DNA of 64,000 bases from Anthoceros angustus (lineage: Eukaryota > Plantae > Anthocerotophyta): NCBI GenBank assembly GCA_010909165.1, contig MU008165.1:1178001-1242000 (forward strand), read 5' to 3'. Under the pieces are notes generated by a model. It had not been told where the DNA came from. It made no database searches and saw nothing but the letters and a program-made list of their open reading frames with translations. Shown here one piece after another: positions 12,013 through 23,339 of the stretch (its first letter is position 1; every line of letters begins with the position of its first letter). A program made the translations under genes and the position numbers.

Positions 12013-13164
12013 CTAAATGAGGGCTTGCATTCCCAGCTTCTGCATCTCTCTGAGCTGCCATCGTCCTGAACCTTCCCTCAAAGTCTCTTCAGTGAACACA
12101 TGCTCCATGGCCCACAGGTAGTATACTGTGTGAATGTCGTCCTTGGCTCCTTCCACAATGTTGCCAGCCTGGTCTCGAGCGCAGTTGATCTGCTGGGTGT
12201 GGAAGGAGACGATGATGACCGGCTCGTTGCCCAGCAGTTTAGTCTCCTTCACCTGGACGTCAGAGACGTGCAGGATCTTGTTGTCCAGGAACCAGCCCAT
12301 GGTCCGTAGTGCCTTCGTCTCTGCCCCACAGCGGACTAGGACGGACTCGCTGCACCTGTTCTTCAGTGCCTCAGTGTCGCCCTTGAGGTAAGCTTGCAGA
12401 ACTGGCCTCACGCACTTTTGCACCTCCGAGATGAAGTCAGGGTAGGAGAAGGTTGGATCCCGCTTGCGGATCTCCCTTATGGCCATAGCGGTTGCTGTTT
12501 CTCCGAACATGGACTCGTTCAGGTCCTGGATTTTGTGCACCACGGGGCTGTCACTCGTCTCCCACGTCTCTCGAATGTCTTCTGCAATCTCCTGGCCCCT
12601 CGTCACCACCGGATGCTGCTTCACTTTGCTCAGCTTTTTGAACAGAGGATGACCCTGAGCTTTGGACTTGACGTCGTCCCACCGTTTTTCCCATGCCGTT
12701 TTCTTCCTTCTCACTTTCACAATCGCAGTGGCACTGGTGTCCGGCGCTACCGTCGGAGCAGGAGGCCCACTGGGCCTCTTCCGCGGGCCAGTGCTCGTCA
12801 GCTCTTCTTTCAAAAACGCGTACCCGTCCTTGGCCACATCCAGCACCTTGGCATCCTTAACCCTCCTCAGAGCTGCTGCCGCTGTCGATGTCGCCCTAAT
12901 CACCCCCTTCCCGACCTTGTCCACAAACGTCTCTCCACCTACAGCATCCTGCCCAACTCCGGCCCCTGCCCCCTGCCCTGCGCTGCTACTGCTGGACCTC
13001 GCTGCCTCCTCCCCTGCCCTACTGTGTGCCCTAGCCGTACCGATTCTAGATTCCCAACCTTGCAATTCGAATGCACCACCACATGAAAAATCCTCTCCCA
13101 CAACAAATCCACTGTCACCCGCAACTAGCCTGCCTCTGCCTCCCAAGATCTGCACGAAAACCAA
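12013..13164 (-). CDS. TIM44: Mitochondrial import inner membrane translocase subunit TIM44; 5' end unresolved
   Basis: WETSDSPVVHKIQD...IRKRDPTFSYPDF...LDNKILHVSDVQVKETKLLGNEPVIIVSFHTQQINCARD...WQLREMQKLGMQALI* is the plant TIM44 C-terminal domain. Confidence 0.9.
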   Translation of the reverse strand: MVFVQILGGRGRLVAGDSGFVVGEDFSCGGAFELQGWESRIGTARAHSRAGEEAARSSSSSAGQGAGAGVGQDAVGGETFVDKVGKGVIRATSTAAAALRRVKDAKVLDVAKDGYAFLKEELTSTGPRKRPSGPPAPTVAPDTSATAIVKVRRKKTAWEKRWDDVKSKAQGHPLFKKLSKVKQHPVVTRGQEIAEDIRETWETSDSPVVHKIQDLNESMFGETATAMAIREIRKRDPTFSYPDFISEVQKCVRPVLQAYLKGDTEALKNRCSESVLVRCGAETKALRTMGWFLDNKILHVSDVQVKETKLLGNEPVIIVSFHTQQINCARDQAGNIVEGAKDDIHTVYYLWAMEHVFTEETLREGSGRWQLREMQKLGMQALI

Positions 13165-14260
13165 ACATGCTCACATTCAGCACACCCATGCCACATCGCT
13201 CTGCCTCCACCCACCACATCCCTCCCACCCACTTCCAGTACCCTGGTTTAGGGTTTCGCAATCCAGCGACGAGCACCCAAGACAAAAAAATGCCAAACGC
13301 ACCAACCTGCCCTTGCGTCTGATAAACTCGCCATCCCAGGCCCTGCGAATGTGCTGCAGTAGCTCTCTGCAAATCCACACAACACAAACAAAACCACACC
13401 ACGCCGTCAGATAACAAACACGAAATCCATCCCCTGCAAAGAAACACCCCTTATCCATCGGACTCATTACCCGCACGGCTCTGAAAGCAGCTATACTCAT
13501 CGGAATCACTCCAAGTGAAAGAGAGTCGCCTATCGCATCAATTTCAACATAGAATTCAGAATATCTGCACAATCAGGCACCACAGGTCAGCCAGAACTGC
13601 ATTCCCAGCTCACCAAACAGAAATTCAGACACCCGGAAGCCAATGCGGATCGCACTCACAGAAAAAAGCGAGCACGCACGGATCTGCCAGCAACACAAGC
13701 AGCTAGCTCGTCTGGAACGCGACAAGCTCCCGGTTCCAGTTGTCGGTCCTGGACGTGGGTTTCTTAGGGTTGCGTCTACACTCCGCAGGGGTTCACGTAA
13801 CGTACCGTAATCAAACCCCAGGCCGCACAGCCTGTTACGTTAAAGGCCTGGTTGTAGGTCCAGCAGGTGTGCCGGTAGGCACAACCACGGTGGTTGGGCC
13901 TATCCATTGTCAGGTCCAGGGCCAGACGGCCGGGGCCAGTTTTTTTGGCAAAAACCGGAAAATGCTGGCGAGTTCGACTGGAATAAGAAAGGGTCGATGT
14001 GGGCAAGACAGGACATCGCATTCTCCGCCCCGCTTGCGCCTTGTCCGTCTGCCTGGCACATTCTTTGTGTTGCTCGCTGCCGGGCATTGCCGAGCCCGCC
14101 TCGGAGCTCCCATCCCGGCTGCTACCGCATTTCAGCTGCACTTGCCCGCCTGCTGCCTCTCGTTCAGAAGCAGGAGCTGGAATTCGAGCTGCAGCGCATT
14201 GCCTGCTTCAGGCAGCAGATCTGGTGGAGCAATTTCTAGCGTGCAGCTGCGAGGACAGGC

Positions 14261-17200
14261 ATGGCCAGCATGACGCTGTCCAAGGCTTTTTCTCTCGTGG
14301 TGAGCCGGCTCGGGCGCTTGACTCTGTTTAATTGTTGCTGGAATGGCTGCATGCTGGTGTAGGACAAGTCTGTGTGCTCCTTTGCGGGAGGAGGAATTGG
14401 TGGACGCCGGTCGGGGTTTTAGGAAGTGGAGAATTGTTGTTGTGGTGATCAAGGCGTGGTATGAGTGGATGACCTGATGTCTGAAATGTGCGTGCGTGTA
14501 TTTATGCTTTGCTTTGTTGTGGCAGACCGGGATTGGGAGCTCAGTTAAGGCGTCTGAGAGGAGCAAGGCTGGTGCCTGCCAGGTTGCTGCTGCTCCCGCG
14601 CTTCTAGGGAATGCCGTGCAGAGTGTGAGGTGTGGAAGTAGCAGCTTCAACTGCGGGGCCGGGTTTGAGGCTCTCAGCCAGAAGGCGAATGTGTCCGTGA
14701 GCGCAGTGCCGAAATGCAGCTCTCGGGGCAATGGAGGAGCCCTTGGTGCTACGTGCGAGGAGAAGATATTGATTGCAAACAGAGGTGAAATTGCAGTGCG
14801 TATTATCCGATCTGCGCACGAAATGGGGATCCCCTGTGTGGCTGTGCACTCTACCATCGATAGGACGGCACTTCATGTGCAGCTCGCTGATGAGGCAGTC
14901 TGCATTGGCGAGGCACCCAGCAGCCAATCGTGAGTTTGTCTTTCCCTGGTTGCTGAAAGTATGTGCTGCGGAGTCTGGCTGTTCAAGAGTATGGATTTTG
15001 TTGTGCCTGGTAAGTCTTTTGATGCGTCTGGCACTATAGGTACCTTAATATCCCGAACATCGTCTCAGCGGCTATAAGTCGAAGGTGCACTATGTTGCAT
15101 CCTGGATATGGTTTTCTTGCGGAGAATGCTACTTTTGTCGACATCTGCAAGGACCATGGGATCAACTTCATCGGCCCCAATGTAAGGAACAGGCATGTGG
15201 CTGCATTCAGCTTTTGGTGGCTTGTGTTTCTATGCACTGTATCTTAGGATATCTTCTGGTTTACAGGCAGACAGCATTCGTGTGATGGGTGACAAGGCCA
15301 CTGCCAGAACAACCATGCAAAAGGCTGGAGTGCCAACCGTCCCTGGCAGTGCTGGGCTTATCGAGGTATGGCTTCCGCTCCGGGTGTGAATACCAGCTCC
15401 AGGTTTGCACTCTGTGGGCACTCATCTTCATGTTCGTTTCTGTTCACAGACAACGGAAGAAGCTGTAAGAACGGCCCACGAGATTGGGTTCCCAGTGATG
15501 ATCAAGGTAACCCTGTGATCTTGGAACACTGCACCTGGAAACTCTGTCTGTTGCGGTTCAGCTAAGGCTTTTGGCTGCTGCTTCAGGCAACTGCGGGAGG
15601 AGGTGGTCGTGGGATGCGACTTGCCAATGAGCCAGGAGAATTTGTCAAGTTGTTGCAGGTCTGATTCCGTATTCTTGGTGCCATAAGGGGGTCTCAACTG
15701 GTGACTAGTTTCACATAATTTGCCATGATCCCAGCGTCTGCTGCTTAGGAGGCTGTGTGTATAGGCAGCTTTCTGTTCCTGTTGCTTACGGAATGTGGTT
15801 TGCAGCAAGCAAGGGCTGAAGCAGGGGCTGCCTTCGGCAATGATGGCGTTTATCTTGAAAGATACATCAAGAATCCTAGGCACATCGAGTTTCAGGTCGG
15901 TATGCGGAACCACCTTTCCTTTCGTTCCTTCATGTGGGTGTGGAGACCTGCTTCTTATAGTTTGAACTTCATCAGGTCCTTGCAGACAAATACGGAAATG
16001 TGGTTCACTTGGGGGAGCGCGATTGCAGTATCCAGGTAAATCATTTGGTTGGGACCGTCAGGGGTCCTGGTTCAATAACTAGAAACTCAAATGAGATTAC
16101 GAAGTTAGTGACCGCACCATGATATTGTCTGGTATTAACGTATGGCTCCTGCATTTTCTATGGGAATGGCAGAGAAGAAATCAGAAACTTCTGGAGGAGG
16201 CTCCATCGCCTGCATTGACTCCTGAGCTTCGCAAGGCCATGGGAGATGCTGCAGTCGCAGCTGCTGCATCCATTGGTTATATCGGAGTCGGAACAATTGA
16301 GTTTCTTCTTGATGAGGATGGTAAAAGTTTCTACTTCATGGAAATGAACACTCGTATCCAGGTATGACATCCGGCATCTTGCAAGCTTTGGGGTTTCTGT
16401 TCTCTAAATCTTCGAGTCGTCTAATCTAAGGAGGGCCTCATTTTTCCAGGTCGAACATCCAGTGACAGAGTTGATCTCTTCGACTGATCTGATCGAGGAG
16501 CAAATTCGAGTTGCTTTGGGACATAAGCTTCGTTTCACCCAGGTGAAGTAGCATTTTTGGAATACGGTTTTGCAGCAGCAAGATCTGTGTGTTAATGTCA
16601 TTTTCTTATCCAACTTCAGGAAGACGTGGTGCTTCGTGGACATTCCATTGAGTGTCGTATAAATGCAGAGGATGCTTTTGCAGGATTCCGGCCAGGCCCA
16701 GGTAATGTCTAGAACCAAAGGCCGGTCAAGGGCTGTTAAGCCCTCGTATCCCGGATGTCGCTTATTGCCTCCGCCCTGAATGTATTTGTGCAGGCCGCAT
16801 CACGGGCTATCTTCCTCCAGGTGGGCCATTTGTCAGGATGGACAGTCACATCTACGCTGACTATGTCGTGCCTCCGAGCTATGATTCTCTTTTGGGGAAG
16901 GTGAGCACACTGTGGGTTGCATTTGTCCAGCGTTCACCTGTTCTGGGTGCCATCCTCACTATGTGTACCTGTGCACCAGTTGATTGTATGGGCCCCTACC
17001 AGAGAAAGAGCCATTGCGCGCATGCAACGTGCCTTGAACGATACAATCATCACAGGTATCCCACATAAAAGCGACCTTCCTAGTTGTTGATGGAAGTGCA
17101 TACCACAACCGTCTCCTCATGGGCTTCACTTATCTAACTTTTTGCACAGGCATACCCACGACAATTGAGTACCACAAGCTTATTCTGGAGGTTCAGGTCT

Positions 17201-17496
17201 GGCTGTTGTACTTATTGTGAATTCAATGGTCTCACTTTGCAGTATGAGGCTTGGTTGACTAACAGAATGGCTTTGCCAGGACTTCAAGGATGGAAAAGTG
17301 GACACCGCCTTCATCCCGAAACATGAAGAGGAGCTCCGAGCTGTAGGACATCTTTCACTTTTTTGTCTGTCCTTGTTGGTGTGCATCGTGGCCAGAGGCA
17401 GCCCCTCATATCCTTATTGGTTTGAATCTGCAGCCACAGGCGTTTCCGACACTACCCAAGTTAGAGGAGCCCGTGAAAGCTGGAGCTCTAGTTTAG
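14261..17496 (+). CDS. CAC2: Plastid biotin carboxylase subunit of heteromeric acetyl-CoA carboxylase, about 16 exons
   Basis: Transit-peptide exon [13 protein letters not shown], then [77 protein letters not shown], and final exon [20 protein letters not shown]; all joined by GT-AG introns. Confidence 0.95.
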
Positions 17497-17553
17497 AGAG
17501 CCAATATGTGTGTCTCCACGCTCACCGGCGGGGCTTTTTCGTGGAGTTCGCCT

Positions 17554-17850
17554 CTCGTCAAACCGATGGAAAACCACTTCACCAACAGAACGGTGTTGAA
17601 CTTTTTGGTAGTGAGCTACCCCCAAAATACCTTGGGACTACATTGAATTGCGGGCTGTTAAATCTGATCTACGTATTCGAGTCAAGAGTGCATGTTCTCG
17701 TCAAACTGATGTAAAACCACATCACCAAAAAACGACACAGGTTGTCCAACTGTTTGGTGGCGAGTTCCCCCCCCCCCAACAAAATACGTAGGGATTACAA
17801 TGAAATGCGGACTATTAAATCCGATCGAAGTGTTGAAATTGCGGGCTGTT
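17554..17850. repeat. Degenerate ~145-bp tandem repeat in the biotin carboxylase 3' flank
   Basis: ctcgtcaaac...ttgaattgcgggctgttaaatctgatc unit repeated with divergence; a homologous array follows the second BC copy at about 24906-25277. Confidence 0.6.
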
Positions 17851-17875
17851 AAACTTCAAAGAAGTGCTGTCACTT

Positions 17876-19860
17876 TGAATGCTAAGCCCAATATATTTTG
17901 TAACACATATTTCTTTTTTCAGTTGAAATGTAATACATTTTGCAATCCAACTGAAGTGACGATGGCAGCCAGATCCGGCACTCTCTCCCCATCTGGGAGA
18001 CTAAACGACCGGCACTCTGAGCTCTACAGTCAGGATCGTCCGGCAAGCTCCTGTGCAAGCCACTGCGACCCATCTCCATCTCCAAATCCAGCAGAATGGA
18101 GGACCGTCTTGGCCTGCCTGTTATGCAGCTAGAGCGTGGGGAGCTGGAGCAGCAGTCGGCACCATAGCTCTCGAGGTCGAGGCTCACAGGAGCGAAAACT
18201 GTCTCGGCCCGTGTGACCCAACCGAGACGCACCATCCCATCATTGCTAGGGTGAACAAGCACAAGCTTGCCCAATTAACCCCAGTATCCAGTAAAAAAGA
18301 CCAACCTACAAAAAGTACTTAGGCAGCTTTTGGTTTGCTGCAACCTACGGGCTGGGGGAATGAAGAGATGGTTTGCTGCAACCTTCGGGCTGGGGGAACG
18401 AAGAGGTGGTTTGCTGCAACCTACGGGCTGGGAATGAAGAGGTGGCCTGCTTGCAACCGGCCCTATTTCCCGACCTTCAAAGCCACTACTCCAGCAATAG
18501 CCCAACGTGGACGGATGGCGACAATGGTGTTAAGTGCGGTCGGTGACCAGCATCCGCCACGAGACTTGGTCATGGCTCACGAGATCACGAGCCATGAGCA
18601 AGAGACACACATAGAGTGTACGACCATAGTAGGTAAGTACTTTGTGTTTGTGTTCAATGCACTTTGTGCCCGCAACATTGCACATCCATGGTCGACAAGA
18701 TGGACACAATTTTGCCAATGTTGGTGCTCATTGTTGCACTTGTGTCACTATCCTTAGTGATCCCAATCGACTTTTGGGAATGGCGATTCTTTTTGCCTTG
18801 CATCTCATTCGGTAACTCGGGCTCAAAGGCCACATGTATGGAATTACAAGCATCATTCTTGAATGCTAAGCCCAATATATTTTGTAACACATATTTCTTT
18901 TTCAGTTGAAATGTAATACATTTTGCAATCCAACTGAAGTGACGATGGCAGCCAGATCCGGCACTCTCTCCCCATCTGGGAGACTAAACGACCGGCACTC
19001 TGAGCTCTACAGTCAGGATCGTCCGGCAAGCTCCTGTGCAAGCCACTGCGACCCATCTCCATCTCCAAATCCAGCAGAATGGAGGACCGTCTTGGCCTGC
19101 CTGTTATGCAGCTAGAGCGTGGGGAGCTGGAGCAGCAGTCGGCACCATAGCTCTCGAGGTCGAGGCTCACAGGAGCGAAAACTGTCTCGGCCCGTGTGAC
19201 CCAACCGAGACGCACCATCCCATCATTGCTAGGGTGAACAAGCACAAGCTTGCCCAATTAACCCCAGTATCCAGTAAAAAGACCAACCTACAAAAAGTAC
19301 TTAGGCAGCTTTTGGTTTGCTGCAACCTACGGGCTGGGGGAATGAAGAGATGGTTTGCTGCAACCTTCGGGCTGGGGGAACGAAGAGGTGGTTTGCTGCA
19401 ACCTACGGGCTGGGGAATGAAGAGGTGGCCTGCTTGCAACCGGCCCTATTTCCTGACCTTCAAAGCCACTACTCCAGCAATAGCCCAACGTGGACGGATG
19501 GCGACAATGGTGTTAAGTGCAGGGTCAGTGACCAGCACATCCGCCACCGAGACTTGGTCATGGCTCCTGAGATGCAGGAGCCATGAGCAAGAGACCTGCA
19601 CATAGAGTGTACGACCATAGTAGGTAAGTACTTTGTGTTTGTGTTCAATGCCCGCCTGTGCCCCGCAACATTTGCACATCCATGGTCAGCAAGATGGACA
19701 CAATTTTGCCAATGTTGGTGCCTGTCATTGTTGCACTTGTGTCACTATCCTTAGTGATCCCAATCGACTTTTGGGAATGGCAGATTCTTTTTTGCCTTGC
19801 ATCTCATTCGGTAACTCAGGCTCAAAAGGCCACATGTATGGAATTACAAGCATCATTCTT
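17876..19860. repeat. Tandem duplication of a ~985-bp unit containing three ~37-bp subrepeats
   Basis: ttgaatgctaagcccaatatattttgtaac at 17876 and 18858; ggtttgctgcaacct(a/t)cgggctggggga x3 in each unit. Confidence 0.9.
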
Positions 19861-21000
19861 GGACTGAATGCTTGTTTGGCAATTCTTCTTCTTTGATCAG
19901 ACTGCTTACAAGCCTGTGACATGGATTGGATTACGGTGAATATTACATGTGCCCTGTGTGAAAGATTTTTGGCTTTTGTATAAAAATGTGGTTGCTATCA
20001 CAAATGAAGCGAGGTTTGCCCATTTCTTCCGTTTTAAGCCCAGCTACTTCTTGCTGCATCCTGCACAACATCGTACTGTGGGGTCCATCAACAACTCCGG
20101 AACCCACCTCGCTCGCTGCCCACCACCTACCTAGCTGGTGAGCACATTGCACACACGACTCTGTCCGAGATGTCATATTTTCAATGTCTAAGGAGAGCAG
20201 ATTCTTTTCCTTTCAGGGAGCTCCCATATACTTTGCTCAATGCCGTTTCTTTCAGAATTGACTTACTTTTGATCCGGGGGATCATATGTTTGTTGCACAC
20301 GTGGTTGTAATTAATATTGACCCTACCCGAGATACTGTATATCATCATCAACTCTATGGGTCGGGTAGCGGAAGGATGCACTTCGGCTAAGGTTCGCAAG
20401 TACACCCCCATGCACTAAGGCCACATGTATGGAATTACAAGCATCATTCTTGGGCGAATGCTTGTTTGGCAATTCTTCTTCTTTGATCAGACTGCTTACA
20501 AGCCTGTGACATGGATTGGATTACGGTGAATATTACATGTGCCCTGTGTGAAAGATTTTTGGCTTTTGTATAAAAATGTGGTTGCTATCACAAATGAAGC
20601 GAGGTTTGCCCATTTCTTCCGTTTTAAGCCCAGCTACTTCTTGCATCACCCTTCGCAGGTCCATCAACAACTCCGGAACCCACCTCGCTCGCTGCCCACC
20701 ACCTACCTAGCTGGTGAGCACATTGCACACACGACTCTGTCCGAGATGTCATATTTTCAATGTCTAAGGAGAGCAGATTCTTTTCCTTTCAGGGAGCTCC
20801 CATATACTTTGCTCAATGCCGTTTCTTTCAGAATTGACTTACTTTTGATCCGGGGGATCATATGTTTGTTGCACACGTGGTTGTAATTAATATTGACCCT
20901 ACCCGAGATACTGTATATCATCATCAACTCTATGGGTCGGGTAGCGGAAGGATGCACTTCGGCTAAGGTTCGCAAGTACACCCCCATGCACTAAGGCCAC
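19826..21000. repeat. Tandem duplication of a ~590-bp unit
   Basis: Units start aaggccacatgtatggaattacaagc at 19826 and 20417; the identical 76-aa minus-strand ORF appears at 20181-20411 and 20757-20987. Confidence 0.9.
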
Positions 21001-21535
21001 AGGTGCTTTTATTACCCTACATTCGGAAGAGAATGTCACAAAGAAAGTACTAGTTAGGTCTTCTAAGTTATAAGTTTAAGGAAGCTTCTATATTATAATA
21101 GATTCCTAGTTAAGATTGCTCACTTGTCCTCTATTTAAAAGCCTTTAGGACTAAGTGTCTCCGTATGTTTTTTTTTCTGAAATATTATAAGTGGTCTAGT
21201 GACAAGTTTATGGAAATTTCTTACTTGTTTATCCTAATCTTTTTTTTCTGAAATATTTTAAGTGGCCTAGTGACAAGTTTGTGGAAAATTCTTACTTGTT
21301 TATCCTATCAATTAAGTTCACAATTGTGTTTGTTGGATAAGGTGATTGTGGCAACTTAGGTGAGTTTTACTTTAATTATTGTTGTGTTGCTTAATCCAGA
21401 TCTGCATCCTGAGGCAATTTGAAGTTAAAATTTTACTTCCTAATGCAGACATTAGAGTAATTGTTGTACAAGTGTTCTAAGGAGAGGAGCAGTAATAGGC
21501 TAAATTTAAGAGACTCCTACAACTGCATAGCTAAC

Positions 21536-21985
21536 ATGACAAGTGCAGACCGCGTTATTCACTGCGACCCCGATATCATGGGAGGAGCTCCTGTTTTTGT
21601 TGGAACCCACGTGTTCATGACTAGCTTGTTCGACTGGATCGACAATGGTTCATTGGAAGAATTTTTATATAACTTTCCAAGTGTTACACGTGAGCAAGCG
21701 ATAACAGTTTTTAAACTAGCAAGGGAAATGCTAACAAGCTATGAGAAAGATGCTGATATTAGGGTAGGAACTCTTGTGTTTGTCGGGACTCATGTCCCTG
21801 TGAAGCTGTTGTTCGACTATCTCGATGGTATCGATCCACTTGGTGCATTCTTAGATGATTTTCCAAGTGTCACGTATGAACAAGTCATTGCAGTTCTTAA
21901 ATTAGCAAGGAAAATGTTGTTCGCCTATGCGAAAAGTAGGCTATCTGTAATTGATATAGATATAGATATTGATACGGATATATAG
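21536..21985 (+). CDS. Tandem double-DUF433 (COG2442, antitoxin-like) protein of bacterial type, 149 aa, intronless CDS
   Basis: Domain 1: RVIHCDPDIMGGAPVFVGTHVFMTSLFDWIDNGSLEEFLYNFPSVTREQAITVFKLAREML. Domain 2: DADIRVGTLVFVGTHVPVKLLFDYLDGIDPLGAFLDDFPSVTYEQVIAVLKLARKML. Both fit the DUF433 pattern DP-I-GG-P-F-GTRVP...L-EFL-DFP-V--EQ. The ORF ends in a (GATATA)n tract encoding DIDIDI. Confidence 0.85.
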   Translation: MTSADRVIHCDPDIMGGAPVFVGTHVFMTSLFDWIDNGSLEEFLYNFPSVTREQAITVFKLAREMLTSYEKDADIRVGTLVFVGTHVPVKLLFDYLDGIDPLGAFLDDFPSVTYEQVIAVLKLARKMLFAYAKSRLSVIDIDIDIDTDI

Positions 21986-22460
21986 ATACAGATTCATATT
22001 CGAATATAGACAAAACATTTATGTCTCATATGCTGACCCTTATTACAAATGAAAAGATTAAATCTGCCCACACTTGTTTTTGCTCTGGTTGAGATAATGA
22101 CGAGGAACGTTGTGTTGTGAACTATCGCCACTAACCAGAACTGATGTTTATCCAGGCTGGGAACTCTCACAGTCCTTTGATACCTGCAGGCAACCAAGTT
22201 CCTCCATTGCCCCGTTCTCACAAGTCTTTGTGTGCTACTAAGCCTATACCTCGAGAAGCATACCCCTTCAATTAACCTATTCCACACTAACAGTTCCCAA
22301 ACCGCGAATGCGAGGCACTAATAGTCACTACAAAGTAATGACGCGCTCCGACTCTTACGTCTCGAAGTGTATTAGGTTCCAAAATAAATAGGCTCCCCAT
22401 CGCACCTCTTATGTATAAGACCCCTCGGCGTTCTTTGCTGACTCTGACACCGGCATCACA

Positions 22461-22506
22461 CACTACATAAGTAGTGACTACATAAGTAGTGACTACATAG
22501 GTAATG
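22461..22506. repeat. 15-bp x3 tandem repeat of a palindromic unit
   Basis: actacataagtagtg twice, then actacataggtaatg; the first unit reads CACTAC-ATAA-GTAGTG (perfect 6-bp arms). Confidence 0.85.
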
Positions 22507-23339
22507 GCGCCTGCGCCCGAAAACTAAGCGCCTGCCAAAGAGACTTTTGCAAACCTCATAAGGTGGCTCTAGACATGGCAAGGGAGCCCTGCAATTCCAA
22601 GGGAAGGGGCGTGCATATGGCAGAGATTCCATTGGTGATGTAGCCAGGCAGAATTGGCACAATCCAGCCCTACGACTAGCCAATTTCACCGAATCTGCGG
22701 CCAATTTGCAGTCAATCTGCCAATCTTGGAGACTTGGTGCGCTTGAATCTGGTGCAAGGGAGGGCGCCCTGGTTTGTTGAGCCTCGAGCGGGATCCTCTA
22801 ACTCTTACATGTGGAGCAGCATTGCTAGCCGAGACCTGCACAAACTGAAATCTAGACCGTGAACAGCAAGTCCAAACCAGAATTTTTGGCATCTGAGAGC
22901 ACCCAGGAGCGGGCGCCTGGGCCGGCTGCGGATTGCCATCATACAAAGATTTCTGGCTAGATAAGCATCCTTCTAATCTGCTGGAACCAAATCCCGTCCA
23001 AGAAAGGCCACGGGAAAGACACGGAGAGTTTTTTTGGTATGTAAGGGTTTTAGGGTGGCTGGCTGCTGTGGAGGCTGTGGGTTGGTGCGCGTAGCGATGA
23101 CGTGTTTGTTAGCGGCCTTATTCTGTCCATGCACCTTCGACAGCGGTCCCTGAACAGTGGCCATAGCGAAGGCTGAAGCTTCGTTTCTTCTCTGTGCACG
23201 TCACTGGCTTCGGTCGGGACTGAACAATTTGGTGCGTGTACAGGGATTCTACGAAGAGCTCCTGCTAACGTTATCGTAGGGAGTTGACCCCTGGCAAGCA
23301 AAGCCTCCAGGTGCAACAGTGTAAGTGGCCCAGCACTTC

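Noticed and set aside
13470-13572. EIDAIGDSLSLGVIP as an AAA Walker-B or phosphatidylserine-synthase motif
   Set aside because: Too short, no supporting motifs, and it cannot be spliced into a coherent frame.
19943-20987. HPSATRPIEL ORFs as copia integrase
   Set aside because: No HHCC or DDE motifs; the resemblance is a few residues only.
21994-22287. Minus-strand 97-aa ORF as the DUF433 partner toxin
   Set aside because: Wrong strand for an operon and no PIN/DUF5615 acidic motifs.
20989-22491. Pack-CACTA element carrying DUF433 (CACTA at 20989, TAGTG at 22476/22491)
   Set aside because: Only a 5-bp terminal match; the 3-bp flanks differ (atg vs act); no subterminal repeats.
22503-22520. 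TGGCGCC as a retrotransposon primer-binding site
   Set aside because: Only 7 nt, with no adjacent LTR end or gag-pol.
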